From an uncultured bacterium (lineage in GTDB: Bacteria > Acidobacteriota > Aminicenantia > Aminicenantales > Aminicenantaceae), in the NCBI GenBank assembly GCA_965603705.1, contig CBFDDY010000001.1, forward strand, positions 1 to 53,563: 53,563 nucleotides of DNA, written 5' to 3'. The notes beneath the pieces were generated by a model. The model was not told the DNA's origin, did no database searches, and saw only the letters and a list, made by a program, of their open reading frames with translations. Shown piece by piece: positions 39,229 through 47,178 of the stretch. Both the position numbers and the translations under genes were made by a program. How positions within the stretch are numbered: the first letter of the stretch is position 1; every line of letters starts with the position of its first letter.

Positions 39229-39355
39229 TTCAAGAATCATGCCAAAAATTATAAAGTAAATAGAATCAACCTTTTAGAGGTTAATCCTTGAAAAATTCCC
39301 AAAAAATCCTCTTGATTATGTTTGGAAATGAACACAATCTGTCCGTTAATGAACA
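39229..39355 (-). promoter_or_regulatory. Regulatory cassette copy A: sigma-54-like -24/-12, IHF-like site and two UAS dyads, upstream of the adaptor-led operon
   Basis: Minus strand: TTGGCATGATTCTTGAA (rc of 39229-39245; fits TGGCAC-N5-TTGC apart from two mismatches, C to T and C to A). WATCAANNNNTTR match AATCAACCTTTTA at 39264-39276. Dyads TGTTCATTTCCAAACA (rc of 39319-39334) and TGTTCATTAACGGACA (rc of 39340-39355), 21 bp start-to-start. 7 mismatches in 127 positions versus copy D, by my count. Confidence 0.6.
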
Positions 39356-39387
39356 GCTTTTTAAAGGTGGAAAGGGAATCCCCAGAT

Positions 39388-41745
39388 TTATTCATAGTGG
39401 AGGGACTCAGCGGGGTTTGCCCGGGCGGCTTTGATGGCCTGGTAGCTCACGGTCAGCAGCGCGATGAGGAGGGTCGCCAACCCAGACAAAATGAATATTT
39501 CCGGGCCGATATGCGTTCTATAGGCATAACGTTCGAGGATTCTCCGCATCATGAAATAGGCAACAGGCCAGGCTATAACATTGGACAGCAACACCCATTT
39601 AGTGAAGTCTCTGGACAGCATGAATACCACGTCTTTTATGGAAGCACCCACAACCTTGCGGACGCCGATCTCTTTGGTGCGCCGTTCCGCCATAAAGGCA
39701 GTAAGGCCAAAAAGTCCGAGACTGGATATAAATAAGGCGAGCAGAGTGAAATACCCGGCAATTTTTCTCGCCTGCCTCTCTGTGGTGTAGATGTAGTTGG
39801 TGAGAACATCATTGAAGAATATGGGATTTGCCGGAGAGTCGGATTCGAATTTTGAGAAAGCTTTGTTGATGTGTTGCAAAGTCCCGGAAATGTTTTCCGG
39901 TCGTATCCTGACAAATGCAAGGGATCCGGAATCGGGCCTGAGCATGAAGACAAACGGCCTGACCTCATGATAAAGAGGCTGGAAGTGGAAGTTCTTCACA
40001 ACTCCGATGATCTTTCCTTCGTTCCGGAAAACTGACAGCCGCTTCCCGACAGGCAATTCCATTCCCATCATCTTCACCGCCTCCTCGTTCACGATGTAGG
40101 CCTCTTTTTGATCCGTGGAATATTCTCTGGAAAATGCCCGTCCTTCCATAATCTCCATATCAAGAGTGGCAAAATAATCGTATCCCACATAATCCCAGTG
40201 CATGCTCACAGTCTCATCCGGCGGCTTGCCGTCCCAGTCCACAGCGCCGACCGTAGACCCAATGTTCCATGGCCCCTGAAGACTTCTTGTCACGCCTTGG
40301 ACCTGATGATTATTCAGCAGGTCGTTCCTAAATGGCTCGAATCGCTCCTGCATTTGTTGACTCATCCGGACCATAACCAAGTTTTCTCTGTCGAATCCCA
40401 GGTCAGTGCTCATCACAAATCCGAGTTGTCTGGAGAGGACGACCGTGCTGATGATCATGATGATCGTGAGCGAAAACTGAACAACAACGAGGGTTTTGCG
40501 CAGGGAGCTCTTGATCCTGCTTCGGATCAGACCTTTAAGGATGTTCCCGGGTTGAAAGGCCGAAAGATACAGAGCCGGATAAGCTCCGGCGAGGGCTCCT
40601 GTAAACAGGGCTATTCCCAAAAAACCAAGGGCGACGACCGGTTTGAGCAGGAGACGCAGCGAAAACTGTTTTCCCAAGAGTTCATTAAACGTCGGGAGAA
40701 AGGCCGCTATAAGAGCGACCGCGATTAGCAAGGCAATGAGGGAAATCATCAGGGATTCACCGATAAACTGGCGGACAAGGTCGATCTTCCTCGCGCCGAT
40801 CACCTTGCGAACTCCGACTTCCTTTGCCCGGGTGGTCGCCTTGGCCGTGCTCAAGTTCATGAAGTTAATGCATGCGATAAGCAGAACAAAAAGGGCGATA
40901 CCAGAAAAAATCAAAAGGGATTGGATCAGACCGCCTCCTGCAGGGGAATACAAGTGTTTTTTTGTCAGGGGGTGTAGGTGAAATGTGACCTTCACATTTT
41001 CCCACTGTGCGTGTTTCTCTACGATCGTGGTGATCTTTTGCTCCACTTCAAGACGGTCAACATCCTTATGCAGCAGGACGTAGGTATTGAGCGGATTTCC
41101 TCCCCAGTGCTCAGGCTCCTTAAAATTCGGGGCAAATTTAAGGGCATAGGGCATGACGCAGTCAATCTGGAGAGAGGACTGTGTTGGGACATCCACCATG
41201 ACACCTGTGACCTGGATAACCACTTCGTTGTTCAAGGTGAGTGTTTTCCCAATGGGATCATCATTCCCAAAATATTTTTTGGCCATCTTTTCTGTCAGGA
41301 CAACGGAATAGTGCTCCGTCAGAGCCGTATCTGGATTGCCTTTTACAAAGGGAAAGGAAAAAACATCAAAGAAGCCCGGGTCGGCCAGGCCGACAGCATC
41401 GCTGGTGAATCGTTTCTCCCCATGACTTAACAACAACCCGGTTGCGTTTTCATACCGGATGGCCTCGATAACTTCTGGGCACTCCTCCTTCAGAATCTTG
41501 GCGAGGGGGTAGTAAGAGCCCATGTTTATCCGACTGCCTCCACTTGTGTTCAACATTTCGCAGTATACCTGGGAGATGTCATTCTTATTCACATGAAACC
41601 GGTCATACCCGAATTCATGCTGGACCCACAGGAAGATAAGAAGGCAAACAGCCATCCCGATAGAAAATCCCACGATGTTAATAACCGAATGAAGCGTGTG
41701 TTTTCGGATATTTCTAAGGGTCATTATGAAATAATTTTTAAACAT
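39388..41745 (-). CDS. Duplicated FtsX/MacB-type ABC permease, paralogue 8 (visibly higher G+C)
   Basis: 785 aa. MFKNYFIMTLRNIRKHT. Motifs AKEVGVRKVIG and TKEIGVRKVVG. Ends NPAESLHYE*. GGGAGGG ribosome-binding site upstream. Confidence 0.9.
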   Translation of the reverse strand: MFKNYFIMTLRNIRKHTLHSVINIVGFSIGMAVCLLIFLWVQHEFGYDRFHVNKNDISQVYCEMLNTSGGSRINMGSYYPLAKILKEECPEVIEAIRYENATGLLLSHGEKRFTSDAVGLADPGFFDVFSFPFVKGNPDTALTEHYSVVLTEKMAKKYFGNDDPIGKTLTLNNEVVIQVTGVMVDVPTQSSLQIDCVMPYALKFAPNFKEPEHWGGNPLNTYVLLHKDVDRLEVEQKITTIVEKHAQWENVKVTFHLHPLTKKHLYSPAGGGLIQSLLIFSGIALFVLLIACINFMNLSTAKATTRAKEVGVRKVIGARKIDLVRQFIGESLMISLIALLIAVALIAAFLPTFNELLGKQFSLRLLLKPVVALGFLGIALFTGALAGAYPALYLSAFQPGNILKGLIRSRIKSSLRKTLVVVQFSLTIIMIISTVVLSRQLGFVMSTDLGFDRENLVMVRMSQQMQERFEPFRNDLLNNHQVQGVTRSLQGPWNIGSTVGAVDWDGKPPDETVSMHWDYVGYDYFATLDMEIMEGRAFSREYSTDQKEAYIVNEEAVKMMGMELPVGKRLSVFRNEGKIIGVVKNFHFQPLYHEVRPFVFMLRPDSGSLAFVRIRPENISGTLQHINKAFSKFESDSPANPIFFNDVLTNYIYTTERQARKIAGYFTLLALFISSLGLFGLTAFMAERRTKEIGVRKVVGASIKDVVFMLSRDFTKWVLLSNVIAWPVAYFMMRRILERYAYRTHIGPEIFILSGLATLLIALLTVSYQAIKAARANPAESLHYE

Positions 41746-41851
41746 CGTTACCCTCCCGTAAAGCGATGCATATATAAATCCCGCTTAAAAACAGAATAGC
41801 AATCCGTTTAGGCGTCCATATTTTTTTCTTACTTTTTCGATCCATGCTCAT
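41738..41851 (-). pseudogene. Remnant of the adaptor (HlyD-type) gene 5' end, forming a 37-codon upstream ORF that overlaps the paralogue-8 start
   Basis: My translation, MSMDRKSKKKIWTPKRIAILFLSGIYICIALREGNDV*, against the adaptor N-terminus MSMDRKIKKKRWTPKRIVILSLSGLFIIFVI. Nucleotide similarity runs for ~90 nt and then stops. Its stop (TAA 41740-41738) overlaps the permease start in ATGTTTAA. Confidence 0.7.
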
Positions 41852-41883
41852 ATTTTACTTCTGCACTTTTTCATTTATTTATA

Positions 41884-42010
41884 CTCAAGAATCATGCCAA
41901 TATCTGTAAGGTAAATAGAATCAACCTTTTAGAGGTTAATCCTTGAAATATTTCCAAAAAATCCCCTTGATTATGTTTGGAGCCGAACACAATCTGTCCG
42001 TTAATGAACA
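41884..42010 (-). promoter_or_regulatory. Regulatory cassette copy B, upstream of permease paralogue 8
   Basis: Same architecture and spacing as copy A. -24/-12 is the rc of 41884-41900 (TTGGCATGATTCTTGAG). IHF-like site at 41919-41931. Dyads are the rc of 41974-41989 (TGTTCGGCTCCAAACA) and of 41995-42010 (TGTTCATTAACGGACA). Confidence 0.6.
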
Positions 42011-42041
42011 GCTTTTTAAAATTAAAGCCCATAGTGTTCCT

Positions 42042-44459
42042 TTATTCATACCGTAGACTGTTAATGGGATTGGCCAATGCGGCTTTGAGAACCTGGTAGC
42101 TGATAGTTATCATGGTAATAGCCAGTGCAATCGCTAAGGCGAAAATAAAAAACATAATATTCAGAGAGGTGCGGAAGGCAAAACCTGACAGCCACTCCCT
42201 CATCACAAAATACGCAACAGGCCACGCAATCACATTGGCAGCAATCACCCATTTGAAAAACTGCTTGGAGATAAGAATAAATATTGAGGGAGTGGAAGCC
42301 CCATGAACTTTGCGGATCCCGATCTCTTTTCTCCGCTGTTCTACAGTAAAAGAGGCTATGCCGAAGAGGCCCAAACAAGCGATAAAAAGGGCCAGAACAG
42401 TGGCAATATTGATGAGTATGCCGACCTTTCGGTCATTTTCATAAAGCTTCTCGATGGATTCATCCAGAAACTTATATTCAAAAGGATGTCCCGGGGCCAC
42501 CTTCCGCCAGATTTCTTTAAGTGTGGAAAGAATCTCCGTCAGATTCCCCGGCCGGACCTTGACTAGAAGGATGTCATAATCATCCGGTGTATAGATCATT
42601 CCAAGGGGAGCTATAGCATTGTGGAGGGTGTCAAAGTGGAAATCCTTAACAATCCCAATGATACGAAAATTACGGATCCTCTTCCCGATGGGATCCTTCA
42701 TACCTATGGCTTTGATGGTTGTCTCATTTACTATAATCGGAAGTTCTCCCTCACTTTTTTCCTCTGCTTTGAAAAACCTGCCCTCAACAAGATCTAGACC
42801 AAAAACCTTCAGATAATCATGATCAACGGATAAAAGATCCATCAAATAAGTAGCATCTGTATCCCGGCCTTCCCATTCATTCAGAGTCATAGACCTATGA
42901 TTGCCGGCGGGAGCATCGGAAGCCGCTGTAACTGCGATCGCTGCTGTGTTTCTCGAAATCTCTTTTTTTAGAACTTGAAATTTTTCATCCAGGTCTCCTT
43001 TCAGATCAAGACAGAGAATATGGTCTTTTTCGATTCCTAAATTCATGTTCCGGATATAATGCATCTGGCGGTTGATTATTACAGTCCCAATAATCAGGCA
43101 AATGGTCAGCACAAACTGAAAAACAACCAGTATTTTTCGGAACAAGCCTCCCCCGGTTCCGGATAAAGATTTCTTTTTCAGCGCTTTGATGGGCTGGAAA
43201 GAAGAGAGAAAAAGAGCAGGGTAACTGCCAGCGATCACTCCGGTAAGAGCGGCAATTCCCAGAAGGCTTAAGATAAGAGTCAGTTGAGAAGTAATCTGGA
43301 AGGTCATCTCTTTTCCGGTCAAAGAGTTGAAGGCAGGCAGCAACAACTGAGCAAGGCTTACGGCAAAAATGAGCGCCATAAAAGCCAGGAGGATGGATTC
43401 ACCAAAGAACTGGGAAATAAGATTTCCCCGCTTGGCACCAACAACTTTCCTCAATCCAACCTCAAGGGCACGGTTTTCGGATCGGGCTGTAGTCAGGTTC
43501 ATAAAATTGATGCAGGCAATCAGGAGAATAAAAAAGGCTATTAGAGAGAAAATATATACATATCTGATGTCCCCGTCCGTACCGGAAGCACGGATCCCTG
43601 TTGAGTACAGATGAACTTTTGTAAATGGCTGCAGGGAAAGTGTCATTATGGTTCCTTCATCATATTTTTTTAAAAATCCTTCAATTTGTGTATTGAATTT
43701 TAGATAATCTATTTGTTTACTCAAGAGGATATATGTATGAATTCCATAACTACCCCAATCGTCCATTTTCCAGCCATATTTTTCCAAGGAGATAAAAGGA
43801 ACCACAAAATCACATTGTATCTGGGAATTATGCGGGATGTTTTTCAGAACACCCGTGACCTGAAATTCATGTTTTCCGTCCACCTGAATGACTTGCCCGA
43901 TAGGATCCTTCCCTTTGAAGTATTTTTGAACCATCTCTTCAGTCAGAACAATGGAAGCAGGAGCCGAAAGTATTGTATCCACATTGCCTTGAAGGAGGGG
44001 AAATGTAAATATTTTGAAAAGCTCAGGATCAGCGAAGGCAAAGCCATCCTCGTAAAAGCTATTATCTCCGAACCGAACAATTCTTCCGCGGGAACGTCTA
44101 AAACGAACCGCCTCGAGGACCTGTGGATAATCTTTTTTAAAGGCAGGGCCAAAACCTGTTGGAAAGACAGGATAAGCGAGAATCCGACCGTCTGACATTT
44201 GTTCGTGCTCCACAGCTCGAAAAAGCTGATCGGCATTTTCGTGAAAGCAGTCGAAACTCAATTCATTCCAAACCCAGAGTAGAATCAGAATGCAGGAGGC
44301 CATTCCGACCGTAAGCCCAGCCAGGTTGATAAAGGAATAAGCCTTATGCCTTTTGATTTTACGGAAGGCGATTTTAATATAGCTCCATACTAGGGAAGGC
44401 TTGACATAGAAGGGATGCCAAAACGGACGACTTCTTTTTTTATTTTCAAGATCAAACAT
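42042..44459 (-). CDS. Duplicated FtsX/MacB-type ABC permease, paralogue 9 (higher G+C, N-terminal extension)
   Basis: 805 aa. Motifs ALEVGLRKVVG and RKEIGIRKVHG. Ends NPINSLRYE*. The family N-terminus appears as ...SLVWSYIKIAFRKIKRHK without a Met and is preceded by a basic 22-24-aa extension (MFDLENKKRSRPFWHPFYVKP). GAGGTG ribosome-binding site before the ATG at 44459. Confidence 0.85.
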   Translation of the reverse strand: MFDLENKKRSRPFWHPFYVKPSLVWSYIKIAFRKIKRHKAYSFINLAGLTVGMASCILILLWVWNELSFDCFHENADQLFRAVEHEQMSDGRILAYPVFPTGFGPAFKKDYPQVLEAVRFRRSRGRIVRFGDNSFYEDGFAFADPELFKIFTFPLLQGNVDTILSAPASIVLTEEMVQKYFKGKDPIGQVIQVDGKHEFQVTGVLKNIPHNSQIQCDFVVPFISLEKYGWKMDDWGSYGIHTYILLSKQIDYLKFNTQIEGFLKKYDEGTIMTLSLQPFTKVHLYSTGIRASGTDGDIRYVYIFSLIAFFILLIACINFMNLTTARSENRALEVGLRKVVGAKRGNLISQFFGESILLAFMALIFAVSLAQLLLPAFNSLTGKEMTFQITSQLTLILSLLGIAALTGVIAGSYPALFLSSFQPIKALKKKSLSGTGGGLFRKILVVFQFVLTICLIIGTVIINRQMHYIRNMNLGIEKDHILCLDLKGDLDEKFQVLKKEISRNTAAIAVTAASDAPAGNHRSMTLNEWEGRDTDATYLMDLLSVDHDYLKVFGLDLVEGRFFKAEEKSEGELPIIVNETTIKAIGMKDPIGKRIRNFRIIGIVKDFHFDTLHNAIAPLGMIYTPDDYDILLVKVRPGNLTEILSTLKEIWRKVAPGHPFEYKFLDESIEKLYENDRKVGILINIATVLALFIACLGLFGIASFTVEQRRKEIGIRKVHGASTPSIFILISKQFFKWVIAANVIAWPVAYFVMREWLSGFAFRTSLNIMFFIFALAIALAITMITISYQVLKAALANPINSLRYE

Positions 44460-44495
44460 TTTATCACCTCAACCTTTAAAAATCCTAAATCTTTA

Positions 44496-44573
44496 CTACA
44501 ATGAGGGCAAAGGCCTCCAGAGTGTTAAAAGATCCTTATATACCCTCATCCAGGGACGCCTCTCCATGCTCAT
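44496..44573 (-). other. 25-codon upstream ORF in the leader of paralogue 9, starting with the adaptor gene's first three codons
   Basis: ATGAGCATGGA (rc of 44563-44573) matches the adaptor start ATGAGTATGGA. After that the sequence is unrelated (MSMERRPWMRVYKDLLTLWRPLPSL*). Whether it is translated is unknown. Confidence 0.3.
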
Positions 44574-44605
44574 ATTTTAGTCCTGTACTTTTTCCCTCAT
44601 TTACA

Positions 44606-44734
44606 ATCAAGAATCATGCCAAAAATTATAACGTGAATAGAATCAAGCCTTTAGAGGTTAATCGTTAATTAAATTTACAAAAAAATCCTCTTGATCATGT
44701 TTGGAAACGAACACAATCTGTCCGTATATGAACA
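44606..44734 (-). promoter_or_regulatory. Regulatory cassette copy C, upstream of permease paralogue 9
   Basis: -24/-12 is the rc of 44606-44622 (TTGGCATGATTCTTGAT). IHF-like AATCAAGCCTTTA at 44641-44653. Dyads are the rc of 44698-44713 (TGTTCGTTTCCAAACA) and of 44719-44734 (TGTTCATATACGGACA), 21 bp apart. Confidence 0.6.
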
Positions 44735-44746
44735 GCTTTTTAAAAA

Positions 44747-47095
44747 TTATTCGTATCTCAAACTTTTAATCGGGTTTGCAATTGCCGCTTTAATGGATTG
44801 GTAGCTCACTGTCAAAAAAGAAATCAAGATTGCAGCAAATGCAGCAATTAAAAATGTAACAATCCCAATATTTATTTTGTAAGCAAAGGTTTGCAGCCAT
44901 TTATTCATTGCAAAATAGGAGATAGGCCAGGCAATAACAATTGCAATGAATACCCATTTTGTAAATTGTTTTGTCAACATACTTACAATTTCCGGAACAG
45001 ATGCCCCCATAACTTTTCTAACACCAATTTCTTTGGTTCTCTGAATTGTGGAAAAAGAAGCCAAACCAAATAAACCAAGACAGGCGATAAATAAGGCAAG
45101 TAAGGCAAAAAATGTAAAAATACTCTCCACTTTTTTTTCAAGTTTGTAGGAAGAATTAAAAACATCATCAAAGAATTTATATTCGAATGGATAATTGGGA
45201 GAAAATTTTGCTATTGTTTCTCGAATAAATGTTACTGTTTTTGGGACATCTTTTTCTTTTGCTTTAATAGATAAATTTCGATTTGCTCTTTCCGGATTTA
45301 AATCCAAACAGATCGGCTGAATGGATTCATGAAGCGGCAACATGTGAAAATCTTTGACAATCCCGACAATTTTCCCGCTTCTTCCTCCTAAAAAATGTTT
45401 AAATTCTTTACCAACCGGATTTTCCAAGCCGATTTCCTTAACAGCAATTTCATTTAAGAGGAAAGCTCCGGTAGCATCAGAGGAAAAGTCTTTGGAAAAA
45501 TTTCTACCTTCCACGATTTTAATCTCATAAAGATCAACATAATTATAATCTATAAAGTTTATAAAAATTTCTTGTTTTTTATCTTCTGGTTTTCCAGGCC
45601 AATCTGCAAGAGTTGCAGCCCCGGATTCATTTGGTAAATCAAAACAGGAAGAAACGGCTAAAATATTTGGATTTTTTTCTAATTCATTTTTAATCGATTC
45701 AATATTGCTTCGGAGTTTGTTGTCGCGAATATCGACTACGATAATATGGTCTTTGACAAAACCAACATCTTTATTGCGAATGAAATACATCTGATCTTTG
45801 ATAGTCAATGTGGCAATAATTAGAATGATGGAAATCATAAATTGACCAACAACAAGGCTGTTACGCAGTTTTGATCTTTTTGTACCTGCAATTTGATTTC
45901 GAAAAGTTGTCATTGGATTAAAGGTTGAAATGGCGAAAGCAGGATATCCTCCGGCAATGACACTTACAAAAATTAGCAACACAATTAGCCAGGATAAAAA
46001 TTGCATGTTTTCGAATAGGTTAAAATTCAAATTCCGTTCTGCAAAAACATTGAATGAAGGCAATAATAGCCAAACCAAAATGGTTGCCAGAAAAAAAGCT
46101 AAAATCGAAAAAAGGATCGATTCTCCTAAAAACTGTTTAATCAATTGAGGCCTGGTTGAGCCAATCACTTTGCGAATTCCGATCTCTTTCATCCGTTGAG
46201 CAGAACGTGCAGTAGCCAAATTTATGTAGTTTATACAAGCGATGATCAGGATTAAAATGGCAACGGAAGTTAGTAAATAGATTAGTTTGACTTGATCTGA
46301 TTGCAAATGAATTTTAGTAAGAGGTTGAAATTCAAATTGTATTTGTTTGGCGGTTTCTTCATCAAAATGTTTTGTTATTAGACTTGGAATTTTACTTTCT
46401 AAATCTTTCAGATTTGATTCTTTATTTAATAAAATATAGGTGCGATAAGAACTATATCTCCAGGATTTATGATCATGAAATGAATCTATTATTTGAGTCG
46501 TTTTAAATGGCGCAAGAAAATCGACAGTAAGAATAGAATTGTCCGGCAAATCTTTCAAAATTCCTGTTATTTTAAAATCATGTTCACTTTTATAGCTGAT
46601 ATTTTTCCCGATTGGATTTTCATTTCCGAAATATTTTTTCGCCATCGATTCTGAAATCACTACAGAATTAGGATCATCCAAGACTGTTTGAGGATCTCCT
46701 TCTAAGAGTTCAAATGAAAAAATGTCAAATGTCTCAGGATCGGTAAAACAGAAACCGTTTTCAAAAAAATTCTTATCTTTATAAGAAATGAAGATTTTCC
46801 CAGTTCGATAAAACCTGGTTGCTGATTCAACCTCTGGAAATTCTGCTTTAAGGGTGGGAGCAAGTGGAGGTTGAGTAAGATTGGAGAGTCGATCAGAACC
46901 TTGTTGGCCTTGTAAAATCCGATAAATTCGATCAGCATTTTTATGATATTTATCAAAACTAATTTCAAACTGAACTAAGAGTAAAATTAAAATCACAGCG
47001 GTGAGCCCTAAAGCTAATCCCGCAATATTGATAAAGGAATATCCTTTGTGTCTTTGAATATTCCTGAATACGATTTTAAGATAATTTTTGAACAT
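44747..47095 (-). CDS. Duplicated FtsX/MacB-type ABC permease, paralogue 10
   Basis: 782 aa. MFKNYLKIVFRNIQRHK. Motifs MKEIGIRKVIG and TKEIGVRKVMG. Ends NPIKSLRYE*. Lies 83 nt downstream of the TolC-type gene with no intact cassette in between. Confidence 0.9.
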   Translation of the reverse strand: MFKNYLKIVFRNIQRHKGYSFINIAGLALGLTAVILILLLVQFEISFDKYHKNADRIYRILQGQQGSDRLSNLTQPPLAPTLKAEFPEVESATRFYRTGKIFISYKDKNFFENGFCFTDPETFDIFSFELLEGDPQTVLDDPNSVVISESMAKKYFGNENPIGKNISYKSEHDFKITGILKDLPDNSILTVDFLAPFKTTQIIDSFHDHKSWRYSSYRTYILLNKESNLKDLESKIPSLITKHFDEETAKQIQFEFQPLTKIHLQSDQVKLIYLLTSVAILILIIACINYINLATARSAQRMKEIGIRKVIGSTRPQLIKQFLGESILFSILAFFLATILVWLLLPSFNVFAERNLNFNLFENMQFLSWLIVLLIFVSVIAGGYPAFAISTFNPMTTFRNQIAGTKRSKLRNSLVVGQFMISIILIIATLTIKDQMYFIRNKDVGFVKDHIIVVDIRDNKLRSNIESIKNELEKNPNILAVSSCFDLPNESGAATLADWPGKPEDKKQEIFINFIDYNYVDLYEIKIVEGRNFSKDFSSDATGAFLLNEIAVKEIGLENPVGKEFKHFLGGRSGKIVGIVKDFHMLPLHESIQPICLDLNPERANRNLSIKAKEKDVPKTVTFIRETIAKFSPNYPFEYKFFDDVFNSSYKLEKKVESIFTFFALLALFIACLGLFGLASFSTIQRTKEIGVRKVMGASVPEIVSMLTKQFTKWVFIAIVIAWPISYFAMNKWLQTFAYKINIGIVTFLIAAFAAILISFLTVSYQSIKAAIANPIKSLRYE

Positions 47096-47103
47096 GATTG
47101 AAA

Positions 47104-47154
47104 TCCATATGAATGATTGGATTAAAAATTATAGCCCATATTAACCTCAGTATT
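47104..47154 (-). repeat. Decayed partial fifth copy of the regulatory cassette (distal flank only)
   Basis: 47121-47154 (attaaaaattatagcccatattaacctcagtatt) aligns without gaps to 50771-50804 in copy D (tttaataattataggccatattgactttggtatt), 27 of 34 by my count. tccatatgaatga (47104-47116) looks like a degraded distal dyad. The -24/-12, the IHF-like site and the proximal dyad are missing. Confidence 0.45.
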
Positions 47155-47178
47155 CCGGAATAACTATTGTCACTGGTT

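Noticed and set aside
39229-39245. Alternative reading of the cassette promoter as a Bacteroidota-type sigma-70 promoter (TAnnTTTG at -7).
   Set aside because: The minus-strand sequence ...TATAATTTTTGGCATG... does not fit TAnnTTTG in any register. The GG-N10-TTG spacing fits sigma-54, and a sigma-54 activator is adjacent. It is kept only as an unexcluded alternative, because the -12 reads TTGA rather than TTGC.
39322-44195. Long plus-strand ORFs (39322-39735 137 aa, 40108-40728 206 aa, 40643-40981, 40978-41430 150 aa, 43713-44195 160 aa) lying antisense to permease paralogues 8 and 9.
   Set aside because: They are fully embedded opposite well-supported, family-conserved minus-strand genes. 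They have low-complexity, Arg/Ser/Pro-rich translations and occur exactly where G+C is highest, where long shadow ORFs are expected. The same reasoning applies to all other plus-strand ORFs in 679-50510 (for example 1939-2433, 16371-16850, 32629-33159, 49887-50285).
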